64,000 bases of DNA from Dimorphilus gyrociliatus. Lineage: Eukaryota > Animalia > Annelida. Of the stretch, positions 37,022-49,465 are shown piece after piece (positions within the stretch are counted from its first letter, which is position 1; the number at the start of each line of letters is the position of its first letter). The stretch covers positions 3,984,408 to 4,048,407 of the forward strand of contig CAJFCJ010000006.1 in NCBI GenBank assembly GCA_904063045.1. Direction: 5' to 3'. The translations under genes and the position numbers were made by a program. The notes beneath the pieces are model-generated. The model saw nothing but the letters and a program-made list of their open reading frames with translations, was not told the DNA's origin and made no database searches.

Positions 37022-37512
37022 ATGGCACAGAATTCCCTATCTAACACTTCCGACAAACTTCCGTCTCACGAAGTATTAAAAGATGTACCAGATAATTTAA
37101 AGGAATTAATAGCGGACAATGGCAAAAATCTTAAGTCCATTCGTTGTTCTACATGTAAATCATTGATACTTAATAAGGACACAGCTTCTTTAGTCAAGAG
37201 AGAGGTTTTTAGATTAAATAGTTAATTAGATAGTATTTAAATTATAAATTTTTTTACAACAAATAGACATTCCTACCCTACCCTCAACAAAAAAAGAACC
37301 AAAAAGCGGAGGAGGCAGAGGGAGAAACTGTCAATAGCTTTTGGCATGTACAAGATATGTACACGTTTGAGAATGTTGGATTTTGTAAAACAATAGGAAC
37401 TGTCAAGTTTTTAATGTGTGCCGACTGTGAGATTGGGCCCGTAGGAGTGTGTGACACACGGGGACCAAGAGATTTCTTTGTTTCAACAGATAGAATTGCG
37501 CATGAAAACTGA
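37022..37512 (+). CDS. RABIF: MSS4 / Rab-interacting factor, 2 exons (37022-37204, 37267-37512)
   Basis: KNLKSIRCSTCKSLIL and FWHVQDMYTFENVGF...FLMCADCEIGPVG zinc-binding motifs. Confidence 0.93.
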
Positions 37513-38224
37513 TATTTATGACATTTTAGTTTTCAATTATTAACTACATCGAAATACAGAAGTAGCCAAAAGTTTATAACATATTTATGAAAATACTAAA
37601 AAAGTAATCTACCCCGTTCATACTATAACTGCACACTGCTGGAATCGTGTTGGAACAGCGTACCCAACTATAATACATTCCGTTAAGATCTTAAAGGCAG
37701 GAAATTCTTGTAAAAATTTACTTATAAATTAACAAATGTACTGTAAAAAATATATTTTATTTTTATTTGTAATTCTACATTTTTTTTTTAAAAAAAATAT
37801 AAGGAATTGAAACTCGATCCGGACTACAGTCTCTAATCCAATAACAATTATTGTCTATTAACGGTGAGATAAGGTAAGCAATGTTCTCTATCTAAGTACG
37901 GTTATCTAAGTAAGATGAAGATAAGGAACTTTATAATCGCTTATTATAGAGCTTTAATTATTTTTTGCGCCAAAATGAAATTCTTTGTTTTTGATAAATA
38001 CATGACCTGGTCAATAAAGTATGGCTTCCTTCATTTACCCAACATTCACTATGCGTTTAAAAAAGTTGCTATTGTATTAATTTTCATTCTTAAACATCTC
38101 AATACTCATTATGCTTTTCAATAAGTCTTCTCCTTGGGATCATGACTCATTAGGATATTCACCTCAATTTCATGTCTACTATTGTTATAAATAGTTTTTT
38201 ACTCCAGACATAACCTAAACCACG

Positions 38225-39010
38225 ATGAAAGCTAACGATCCTGAGATGCCGCCTAGCTATGAATCTTCAACTGCCCAAAAGTCATCTTGGTTCTCTATTC
38301 AGAAGGAATATGTTACTACTATTCCTGGAATTCTAAAAATAGCTCAGATGGTAAGTATACAAGTATTTGTAAAATTCTGATAATAAGTTATTTTATTTTT
38401 CAGGTCATTTCAATGATAGCATTTATATCCTCCATGGTTGATCCGTGGGCTGGAGCTGGATGGGTAAGGTTTGCTACCATAAGTGCATTTATTGGAACTC
38501 TCATATACTTTCTACTCTATTTATTGAACTACTACCAACGTATTCCTGGGCCTTGGACCCTGGTGGTAAGCGATTCTTTCTTACACTTGTGTTTATATTC
38601 TAAATCTAGCTTCATTTAATTTTCACAGGAATTCGTTTACTACTGTGTATATACGGTTTTCCTATTTATTTCGGCATGTGTATCAGCGGCTAAAGGTGGG
38701 GTCTTTGACTCAGCAGCAGCCTCTGCGGTTAGTTGATGCAATTATTGAGTTATTTGCAAATAATAGTCCTCTTATTTTTAGTTTTTTTGCTTCTTGGCAA
38801 CGGCAGTCTATGGAGTTGATTGCTTTTTCAAGTTTAAAGTCCTCAGGTTAGTAAGCCAAAACTTACTAGAGACAAACATTTAAAGTTCTTTCTTTTACCA
38901 GGAGCGAGCGAGCTGCTGCTGCTGCAGGGGGTCCCAGAGGAGTACAAGCCGGTACGACTGTCACTACCACTCAGACTACGACTACAGTTGAAAGAGTGGA
39001 AACTTATTAA
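38225..39010 (+). CDS. MARVEL-domain tetraspan protein (plasmolipin/CMTM/MAL-like), 5 exons
   Basis: EYVTTIPGILKIAQM, four TM segments, FFCFLATAVYGVDCFF; N-terminal PPSY; Thr-rich tail. Confidence 0.85.
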
Positions 39011-39213
39011 ACGCTTTCAAGTTACATTATAGATTATCAAAGTTATCAGATATAAAAGGAATATTATAACAATCTCTTTCTCATTCTATTGACTTGTCCA
39101 ATTGTGTTTATTATTATTCAATAGAATAAATTACTGTACATTGAAAAGCATTAAAAATTTTGCATTGCGAGCATGCTCTATTTAAGCAACAAGGCGAATT
39201 AAAATATATCTAA

Positions 39214-41154
39214 TTAATAGCAACCGTCATTCCAAGTATCATCATTAGTTTGCTTAGAAGAGTTAACATATCCATATTTACTAGGCCTAGCGAGACGACT
39301 GGCATTACCAGAAGGTATTTTAGACAGAGAGGATGCGCTAGAGGGTTTCGGAATTCCTCTAGGTCTTATTGCTCCTAAACGACTGGGTTGAGCGCTTTGT
39401 TTAAGGTTTGGTAATGAACTTCGATGTTTATCTCGTTCAAGACTTCTATTTGAACTGGAGTTCGAGTTAAGGGAATCTTGTGAATTCGAATGATCTTGTT
39501 GACTTTCGTCTGAAAGATTTTCAACGGATGGAATCGAACTTGGTTTCACTGGAATACCATAAGTTCCTTTTCTGGTTCGAGGTTTCACGGAAAGTTTTGG
39601 TTTGTTTGTAGGAATATCTGAAGTAGTATAATCGGAAGGTGGTGGGGATAATGATTCACCTGTCGATGGTGGTGACGGTGGCTTAACTCTTACTTTTTCC
39701 CGAATTTCAAAGTCCGTTAAACTTTGCTTAACATCTACCATAAGAAAAACAGTTTTTTTTATATATATACATAAATGTTAAATCTAACGTTTTTCATTTT
39801 TCCGACTTAGATCCTCTGAATTTCTGTGTCCTCTACTACCATTAGGTATAATTGACATGTTGTTGGATTCGTCAATATATTCTTCAGAAAATAAACAAAT
39901 TAAAATTACGTTGAAAGATTGAGGGTCTCTTTACCTTTCGTATAACTATCTTCATCGTTGCAATCTTCCAAATTTAAATTGGACGAACGATTCGGTGTTG
40001 ATCCACTTGAGTTCAGAATATAATCTGGATGAAGTAGTGAACAGATTTAATTGCTAATTAAATTTTGTTGAAAGAATTTACTAACATTCTTCTTGTTCAC
40101 GAAATTTGTCTTGCATTTCTTGGTATCGTTCAGAACCAGGAGAGAGTACTGTTCCTCCGGGACTTTTAAACGTCATGCTTTGTCGTAGTTCACTACTTGT
40201 AAGACTTTTTCTTAAATCTGCAATAGTGATAATATTTTGAATCTCTTTAATTAAATAATGACTAATATAAGGCTTACACTCTTCTTGCTGTCTAGCAAGT
40301 TCTTGCATCTCACTATATTGTTTTGCTCCTTTCTTTGTTACATCTTTTGTAAGAGCAGCAACAGCAGCTTTTTTAGATTTCTTTTTGCCAGCATTTTCAA
40401 CTTCATCCCCTCCAACAAGACATTGTTTTAGAAAATCAGAAGGTAAGGAACAAGATTGTCGTAATTTTTTCAAATATGATCTAACATCCATGCTGATTCC
40501 CATAGGATCATCGTCGGAATTGTAACCGTATCTAGCAATAGTACAAATTCAAACGAGTGCAACATTGTATAATGTTGAAAAAAATGCTCATATAAAAACA
40601 CCTGCTACCTTTCACAACAAAAGCAATAAACGCAAATATTGTATATGTGCTAATGCTTACGTTTCGTCTAAAGCGTCCTCCAGCCAATCAACGATTTCGG
40701 CATCCATATCATCTTCCTGGATTTCGTGTTGGTACCCAGAGGGTTGTTCCCATTCACTCAAGTAACAAAAATAGCAAAAATTTGAACCTTCTCTCTGACT
40801 CAGGGCTTCCGTTACTAACTTCTTCTGTTTTGAGATGGTATTGTTAGAGTTACTAACTTCCAAATTTGATCGCTCTTTGTTAGGAGAGTGATTATGAGAG
40901 TCAATAAATCCATCATCAATTCTCTCTGGATCGCGATCAAGGAAGTTATCGATCTTTATCATACTAGGAGGTACGTCAATCTCATTCTTTAAGACATTCT
41001 CGGTATCTGACAATGACGTTCCATTTAAGCGATCTTCTTCTTGGAACTCTCGTTTTCTTAGTTCCTGGTTCTTGTCGACCAATTTCTGGTATACAGCTCT
41101 AAGTTTCGCTATTTCAGCATCAGGATCATCAGGTATGACTCTCTCTTCATTCAT
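39214..41154 (-). CDS. SLAIN: SLAIN-motif microtubule plus-end tracking protein
   Basis: N-terminal coil DAEIAKLRAVYQKLVDKNQELRKR; QELARQQEE; RSSLPNL; SxIP-type motifs (SSIP, SKIP); C-terminal WNDGCY*, matching the SLAIN W.DGCY end. Confidence 0.85.
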
Positions 41155-41448
41155 ACTGCCTCTTGGTAGTCAACGTCGTTTCGACGTGGTAGAATAAATT
41201 ACATAAAACTTTATAGCAAGTTCATTACTTACGGAAACTCCCAACTAGATTACTTCCGTTTCCGGTAAACGTTTTTTTCGGAAAAGGCGGTACCGACTTC
41301 CTCGACAAGGGGCAATATTACAACAAAGTCAGGAACTGGTAATAACCTAACAAAACTCTTAATCCCGTATGTTTAAATGGTATTTAAAATTAAAATTTAG
41401 AAAAAGTCATTTTTATTTGCGTATACTTAGAACTGATAACAAAAAACA

Positions 41449-43356
41449 CTAATCTTTATTATAATTTGTCGAAATTGTACATTTTAGTGAATTCAATTGA
41501 GTTGAATTACATGAAAAGGCAGAATTAAATAGTTTACTACTGCTGAACGTTCCCATTATTATATCGGTTATTTGATGTAAATATATCCCACTAGATAAAT
41601 GGCTAATAGAAGTGTAAGCCCTACAATGACTTTGTATTAACACTAAGTAAAACAGTTGATTATCATTTAAAGCAATCCCTGGTAGAGTAGAATTAGTACC
41701 ATTTTCTTCCATTTCTCTTTCATAAACTGTTTGAGATATTCTTAAAGCTAGTCTAAACGCTAACGCTTCTCTGATGAAGTTTTTATTATAGTTATCGTTA
41801 AACTTAAACTGCCCTACAACACATTGTTTTTCTTCGGGAAACAAAGAATCATTTTCTCTTAAGACGCTTTGTATCAGATGGTGTGCTAATAAAGTTCCTA
41901 GATAGCCATATCTTAGAGAAACCGGAAGTTTATTTAAGGGAGAAAAATGAGCAATAGCCTCAGGTGATATTAATAATGCCTTCTTCTCATAATCATCCAA
42001 TAGAATATCATTTTCTTGAAGACTACTATTTGTATAGGACATGTCAAATGATCTCTGTTCTCTTAAATGAATAATCATTTGAATAAAGGTTAAGTTTTTT
42101 TTAAATGGCCTCTCGATTAAATTTACTGTTTCAAAGTCAATTTCGACATTGATATATCTAAATCTTTCAACTCTTGCTCCTAAGACATTCTCAACCTCTC
42201 CTCTAATCTTATTGAAAATATCATTTATAGTATCTCTGTCTAATTTTATCGTAGTTTGTTCGGTATCTTTATAGAAAAGGTATTTAAAAAGATACGGAAA
42301 GTATTGGTCAGTTAAGTGAAGGCATCTTGTTTGATATTTAGCCTTGAATGATCGTTGAAAGTCAATTATATGCCGAAGTTCAAAACTTGCCCTAAAAATT
42401 AGATAATTATGTAAATCTTCAAAAGGAGTTTTCTCAATTAGTTCAATTAATTTATCAATTTTATAAAAATCTTTAAAGACTATATATTCGTAAATTTCCG
42501 GTGAAATATTATTAATTAATCTCTGAAAGTCAATAAGACCATTAAATTTATTTGCAATATCATCTAATCTTAATGGTTCTTCTGTTTCTTTATCGTTTGA
42601 TTTAGAAAATTTCAATAGTTCTTTCTCTATATTAAATATACTATTAATTATTTTTGAACGATGTTCACTATTCAAAGAAGGATACAAAGAATAAAAGAAA
42701 TGAGACGCAATATTCCTCAATGGAATCGAATTATCTTCATTAAAAGAATTAGATAGTGTTAAATAGTCTTTATAAACTTCTATTCTATCTTTAGTCAATT
42801 TTAGTTTAAAGAAAACGAATATTTTCAACTGATGAAGTTTGATTAGCGTCTCTCGAAAGACTTCTTTAAGATTTAGTGTGTCCCATTTTTCTGACGTAAG
42901 ATACTTAACTCCTATTTCGTCTAAAAGCACTTTCAAATGATTCGATTCATTTTTACGAAAATATTTTAAACATGAATGAAAAAATCTCTGTTGCTGTTTA
43001 AATATAGTTGTATTTTCGCTTAGCTCTTGTTCAATTAAGGCTAACTTTAGAGCATTGTAAACGTGAACATTGTTTACAGAGTCTCCGTTAAATGGAGATA
43101 AACCGCATGAAAAATAATTAAAGTTCGTACAAGGGTTCTCATTTAAATTCATAAGCTTTAGCATTGATCCAGCAAGTTTTACACAATATTCACTACTACA
43201 AATATTACTAGCATCGTCAGTTTTCAGTAATTTACACCATTTAGAGTTTGCCTTTTTAACCTTTTCTTCATGTGACAAAGTTATATTTAGAATATAATTT
43301 ATTACCAGAATGATTATTAAAATATAATGTATGTTTTTTATAAAATCTAGCATCAC
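41449..43356 (-). CDS. Neprilysin/ECE-like (M13) protein lacking catalytic motifs, intronless type II membrane protein, 635 aa
   Basis: N-terminal TM; C.SEYCVKLAGSML..MNLNENPCTNFNYFSCG; LPGIALNDNQLFYL..IQSHC. The HExxH position reads AHHLIQ. Confidence 0.85.
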   Translation of the reverse strand: MMLDFIKNIHYILIIILVINYILNITLSHEEKVKKANSKWCKLLKTDDASNICSSEYCVKLAGSMLKLMNLNENPCTNFNYFSCGLSPFNGDSVNNVHVYNALKLALIEQELSENTTIFKQQQRFFHSCLKYFRKNESNHLKVLLDEIGVKYLTSEKWDTLNLKEVFRETLIKLHQLKIFVFFKLKLTKDRIEVYKDYLTLSNSFNEDNSIPLRNIASHFFYSLYPSLNSEHRSKIINSIFNIEKELLKFSKSNDKETEEPLRLDDIANKFNGLIDFQRLINNISPEIYEYIVFKDFYKIDKLIELIEKTPFEDLHNYLIFRASFELRHIIDFQRSFKAKYQTRCLHLTDQYFPYLFKYLFYKDTEQTTIKLDRDTINDIFNKIRGEVENVLGARVERFRYINVEIDFETVNLIERPFKKNLTFIQMIIHLREQRSFDMSYTNSSLQENDILLDDYEKKALLISPEAIAHFSPLNKLPVSLRYGYLGTLLAHHLIQSVLRENDSLFPEEKQCVVGQFKFNDNYNKNFIREALAFRLALRISQTVYEREMEENGTNSTLPGIALNDNQLFYLVLIQSHCRAYTSISHLSSGIYLHQITDIIMGTFSSSKLFNSAFSCNSTQLNSLKCTISTNYNKD

Positions 43357-43783
43357 TTTCTTCTTTCTATAGAGACGTTAATATTCTAATCAAGTTCTTT
43401 TTATAATATATCTATTAAAAGAAGATATAAACTTAAATAGTAAAATATTGCAAAATCATTGGTCATTGATAAGCTGTTGTTATTGTTTATTTACCCAGTT
43501 TAACTTTAAGCATCTTAGAAATATTACAATTAGTATTTTGAGAAATTTAAAATTTAAATCTATCTGAATTTTAATGATAAAGTAAAATATTCTATACATT
43601 ACTAATATTTAAAAAAGACTATTAATCTATTCTTTATAATTCGATCATGCCGTTCTAAAAAAAATCGAATGTCTTCTTTCTGTTGCCAAATGATTAGGCC
43701 TATTTTATTTAATACGTTGATAATGGAATAGCCATACAGTCTGTGTTTTTACTGTACATGATTTCCAACTCGGAGAAGAAACA

Positions 43784-44597
43784 ATGAATCGTGTTGTTAT
43801 TTTACTATTTTTGTATTATTCCATGGTTGATGGAGATTATTTGGATAAATTTGGCTTGTCAAAAGTACGACGCATATTATCATTATTTGTTGATAAAAAA
43901 TATTTATTTTGCACCTTTTTTTATAGTCGAATGATATTTTCCGCCTTGAAATTCCTAAATGGATCAAAAGAATTGAAAAAGAAAATCCCAAAATGTCTTG
44001 GTCTAATTGTGGTTCATCATCAGATCTCATCAAATTGGATAAGCTAGAAATACAACCATCGAAAATAAAGATACCAGGAAATGTAACGGTATCGGCTTCG
44101 GGAAGTTTGAAAGAGGACATTACTTCAGGAATAAAAGTAAGTTTTATATATTTTGTTCTATTTACTTATTTATAATAATGAAAATGACAATCTTAATATA
44201 GTTGGATCTCAAAATCGAAAAAAAAATTCTAGTATGGATCAAGATTCCATGTGAAGATAAAATTGGCTCCTGTACATACGATGTTTGCTCAATGCTTAAA
44301 ACTATTTTTCCTGGTGGAAAATGCCCAGATGTTTTTGTTAAAGCGGGTGTACCATGTCATTGTCCCTTTTTAAAGGTTAAATTGTAAAATGAACTTAATA
44401 ATCTGCAGTATATAAAGTCTATACTCTTTTTTAATTATCTATAGGGAAATTACTCACTGAAGAAGGCCAATGTTTTTGTCAATCCATCGATTAAAATACC
44501 CAGTTGGTTGGAGGAAGGAGAGTACAAAATACAACTCGATGTATCTCATCAAGGGAAGAGACTAATGTGTTTAAAAATGGATCTTTCATTAGCCTAA
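43784..44597 (+). CDS. GM2A: GM2 ganglioside activator-like ML-domain lipid-binding protein, 4 exons
   Basis: Signal peptide; SWSNC, IPGNVTVS, WIKIPC...IGSCTY, GVPCHCPF, IPSWL..G.Y and GKRLMC motifs. Confidence 0.9.
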
Positions 44598-44906
44598 ATA
44601 TTGAGTTATAAATTGGCTGTTTAATTCATACTTCTTATTGTACATGCATGCTTTATCTTTACACTTTTTTTCCTTTGCGTTATCATTTTCGTCGGTATTT
44701 TTGTTTTTTAATAAGTATTATAAAACATAACATTAGATTCCTATAGATATATGAATTAAACTTAATACCTGGTACCCGTCTAAGTTTACGATGCAATCGA
44801 ATTTAGACCAGATTTCTCTCGAAAGTGGTCTTAAATTAAATTCAAATTGAAAGAGAATTTGCTTCATTATTCACTTATTATCGCCTTCACTACTCTGATA
44901 ATAAAA

Positions 44907-45817
44907 ATGCTACAGTTTCGAACTACAAATCAGCATTCTTGTAGCAAAGTTATTGATTCAATAAACAATCTATATGATACAATTATTTTAGCTGCATCAA
45001 TAAATACAGAAGGTACGCTTAGATGAAGTGCAGTTGTCTATCATTGGTTTAATTTTTATTTTATATAGAATCAAAGAATATAAGTCAAGATTTAGGAAAG
45101 GAACTGAAAGAATCATTAACAAATGGTATGATAGAGTGTATCAATGCAGAAAGGGAGAATCTCAATATCAAAAAAGCTTCCCTTGAATTTACTTCAAGAG
45201 TATGATATTTGTTGTGTTTTTATAGTTTATATATTATGTATGTACTAATTTTATAGGCTGAACATGAAACACAAACAAATTTCGATTATTCTAAGGAATT
45301 TGAAAAAATGCTTAAAAAGAATACTAGCAAAATGGATCCAAAAACTAATGAGCAATATACGAGATTGATAAAAACACTGAACAACGAGCCAACCAATACT
45401 TGTAAGAATATCTCTAGAAGATTCCTTTTAAATATTCTAATGCATTTGATTTCTTAGGTGAAGATAATGATGATGTGGTGCAGATGGACGAAATAAAATC
45501 AACTATTTGCCCTTATTCTCAGCAAGAAATGGAAAATCCGGTTAAAAATAAGATATGTGGCCATTCGTATGAAAAATCTGCAATTGCAGAATATATAAAA
45601 GCTAAGAGGCAAAGGGCTTTTTGTCCTCATGCAGGTACGTGTAGAATTCAGCTACTCTACTGCCAACTATGTAAAGATAATCTTTTCAGGATGTTCGAAC
45701 AAAAAGCCTCTTTCACCTGATTCTCTAATAAGAGATGAAGAAATGATAAGTATTATTGCTGAAAAAAGAAAAACTCAATCTACTGGAAATTTTATTACTG
45801 TAAACGATGCTAGCTAA
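44907..45817 (+). CDS. NSMCE2: SMC5/6 SUMO E3 ligase NSE2/MMS21 (SP-RING), 5 exons
   Basis: ICPYSQQEMENPVKNKICGHSYEKSAI...CPHAGCS. Confidence 0.88.
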
Positions 45818-46102
45818 ATCTTTGATTTTTAAGAAACAAACTGCCCAGATAGCATTTAACAATAAACAAAATTTGCAAATTTTTTAACAATATTTATTTT
45901 AGATTCTTACTATTGAGGGAACTTGTTCATAATTTTACCATCATTAAATGATGACTGTAAGCTATATGGGTATTTTTTGATGAATAATACGGTAATTTAT
46001 GTAATATCTTGGACATTTCAATAAAAAGTGGCAACCCTTCCGCGTACGTGTCTCATAATAATGATAACTTATTATTAAGGTTAGTTTTTAATATATATAC
46101 CG

Positions 46103-46122
46103 TATATATATATATATATATA
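46103..46122. repeat. (TA)10 microsatellite
   Basis: Directly visible. Confidence 0.9.
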
Positions 46123-46217
46123 TTTCTTTAAAAAACATTCTCTAGACTAGATAAATTCAGACGAGGTATAAACACAAATAAACGATAATTTCAAAGATAT
46201 AGTCCTTTTCACAAAAC

Positions 46218-48779
46218 TTAACGAGAGTCATCTCGGCAACGTGACGAAATCGCTCCAGTTGAACGTAAAAATTGGTCGACATCCCTTTCGTGCTTATGTT
46301 TGGGCTAAAATTAGAGATAGATAGCGGCTTAGTTATTTATTTGTTTACCTGTTTGTCCGGCAATAGTCTAGAATGATGTGCACCATAAGAGGATACGTAA
46401 TAATCAGGATAGCTGTAACTTGAATGGGATAAATAGCTACTCGACGAGGGTTGTGACCAACTTGGTGCATATCCTCCACTTCTCTGCTCATATTCTCTAA
46501 CATATTGTTCGTACGACTGTGTAAAGAAAATTTAATTTACTAATAATGGAAACAAATTTTATCTTCTATAGTACTTACACCATGTAGCATAGTTTCTTTG
46601 CGAACCCCTGCACTGCTATTATTATACCTGTCTCTTTCCCTCGAACGGCTTCTTCGAGCTTTTAAATAATGTCAATTAAATAGAATTATAATTTAAGATG
46701 GCAATTATTTTACTCGAGTAATATCTTTCTTTTTCTCGTCTTCTGTCGTAGTCTTCTCTCTCAGATGTTCGCCTATGCCTACGATCCTCACGATATCTCT
46801 CCTCTCCGTAATCGTCTCTATAAGATAATAAATACGCATTTCTCTTAACCTCATGAAACAATATTTAACTATATGTTTACAAAGTCCGCGAAAGGAGGCA
46901 CAGGTAAATTAATCATAAACACCAAGAAGTTGAAAGCCTCGCCTAAAAATATTTTGAAATGATTTCCCCGCTGCCGGAAAACACTCATACACGAAGTCTT
47001 TTTTAACATAATTTTTAAGTCATTATGTAATAGTAAGGTCTTTCACACTACTTAAGTCCTTATTGCAATGGTTTTCTCCTTCATTCACTAACAAGTTGAA
47101 AGATAGTCCATTAGTTTCAATTTAAAGATTTGTTTTTAAGTCCGTGCATTAAAGCTTTAGGATTTGAAATTCGTTAACCCTTCCCTCACGTCATACCCTA
47201 CTAAGTTGTGCAGTTTATCATCATCATCGTCACTGTTTCTAACCTCGTCCGATAAGAACGGTAACGTTCGTGATCACGCGGTTCGCGTCTTTCCTCCCAT
47301 CGAGCAGTTTCAACATGGCGGCTACTTTGATATCGACTTGGATGGTCAACAGGTTGATAACGATTGTCCGGTTGCCTTAAGTGCTCTTGTCCATTTTCTC
47401 GTCTTTTCATATTTTCTTCGGCTAAATCATTACGATCTGACTTGGCACGATGAGCTATTTCTCGTAAATCAATGTTTTCATCAGGGGGAAAGAGTCTACA
47501 CAAAGCTTCCCCACATACAGGTTCGATTTCCTGTTATATATTATAGATTTTCTTAGATGCTAGTGTAAGAATGCAATTTTTACCTGACCGTCCCGACCAA
47601 TCTTTACTGGCTTATTTTCGTTCCATGTATTTTGCAAATGAGCACACTTACTAAATGGAAGATCGCGTCTGTAAAATCAGTCACTATAGAGTAAGCATTA
47701 TAAAAAAATACAATAGACTACCGATTTATCCAATCGAGAGTGAAAACGCCCGATAGTGCTCTCGCGCTAATATTTCCAGGCAAAACCCATCTTATAGGCG
47801 GATGATTTTTATCTGATGGTCCTCGAACACGAGCAAAACCTATTTAAGTTAATTAATTGATGTCGCATGATGTGAGAGTTTATTTTAAACTCACCTTGAA
47901 ATTTGCCACTTTCTTTAACGGAAAATATTAAAATGACGTTTCGACAATCTTGATATGCGCGATTTAGTTTAATTTCGTTTTGTGGGGGTGTGGACCAAAC
48001 TCCTTTTGCTTTTGCCAAGGCAATGTTTTCGTGATTGTTACTTTTCATCATATAAAAGCGAGCACTTTTAAAAATATATTTCAATTTTGAGCTTTGTCCT
48101 GTTTAAAAGAGTGGAAGTTTTATGATCTGTTTTTAAAACTCGTTAGATAATCAACTTACTGGGAACTTCTTGTTCTCTATCTTCATTATCTCCAGAAGCA
48201 TTTTTAATTGAATCTGCCGTTGGAGGTTCAATAGGAGATATCTGCCTTTTACTGGATCTTTCATCGTTGTCGGAAGTCTGTTGAAGAGACTTTTGGGAAT
48301 CGCTAGAAGATACATCGTCATCTTCTTCATCATCAGATATGGAAGAATCATGATCACTATTCCGCTTTTTTAGTCCTAGCCTTTCCAAATCTATCAATTT
48401 AAAGAAAGACTAAAACAAAGCTCCTTTAAAATTTAATTTTTGCATACCTGATTGTGAAACTTCGCGGTCGTTTTCGCTCAATCTTTCAAGTTCTGCAACG
48501 CGTCTTTGCCTCTTCTCATTTTCTTCTTTCAGCATTTGCCTTTTGTATATTATTTTTGTTTTCGGGCTGTTTCGACATTCTTCCTCGCTCTCTAATATTT
48601 GGTTATCTACTTCGTCCATCATATCATCACGACCAGGGAAATTATAATCTTCCTCTTCGAAATTGAAGGTATCATCTTTTTTATCAAAATAGCATGGCCG
48701 ACATTAAATAAACGCATTAACAGTTACAATATTAAAAATACAAGAAATTAAAATATCTCTTACCGTCGTTGCTATCCAT
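46218..48779 (-). CDS. YTHDC1: YTH domain-containing nuclear m6A reader, multi-exon
   Basis: [31 protein letters not shown] and [17 protein letters not shown]; C-terminal [19 protein letters not shown] and DVDQFLRST; R/E/D-rich segments. Confidence 0.93.
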
Positions 48780-49465
48780 CAGATTTAGCAATGATATTTA
48801 ACCTAAAAATAAAAGAATCCACTTCGTATCAATGATCCTATAAGTTCTCTTGGCGATGTTTCGCTCTAAAGTAGATATCGAGTGCGGGCCTATTTCGTAT
48901 ATATTTTATAATACTCTAGTAGTTCTTTCTTGTTCGAACTTAGAATGCAATAAATATTCATTCACAATACCTGTTTTGGAAGAGTTCTTAATCGGTTCCT
49001 CACACTTAGGTTAAATAATAAGAGTGAAGTTTTCCCGCGAAAGGTACTCACGCCACCTAGACTAAAACAAAAATATAGTACACAAAATTTTCACAAAAAC
49101 ATTCGGAAATTGTAAATTTTAAAAATTTCGGTGGATATGTTACTAAATTTTCTTTTTAATATTCTGTTAAATGTTAGATTATATTAAACCGCTCATGAGT
49201 AACAACCGGTACACACCTTTCTAACCGTTTTCAATCGGGTATTATGTTTCTGTTAAGAAAGGGTAAAGCGTCTATTTAATCTCAATATAAGCTTGAAGAA
49301 CTCTTTGTTTTCATCCTAAAAAATCACTGTTCATATATTTAATTTAATCCCAAATCATTGATATCGTTATGAGATGCGATTTTTAAATGAAACTCAATGA
49401 AATAGAGAACGATAATAGGAATATTTAAATTGTGAAGCTACTGTTGATTGGGATATTTTAATACA

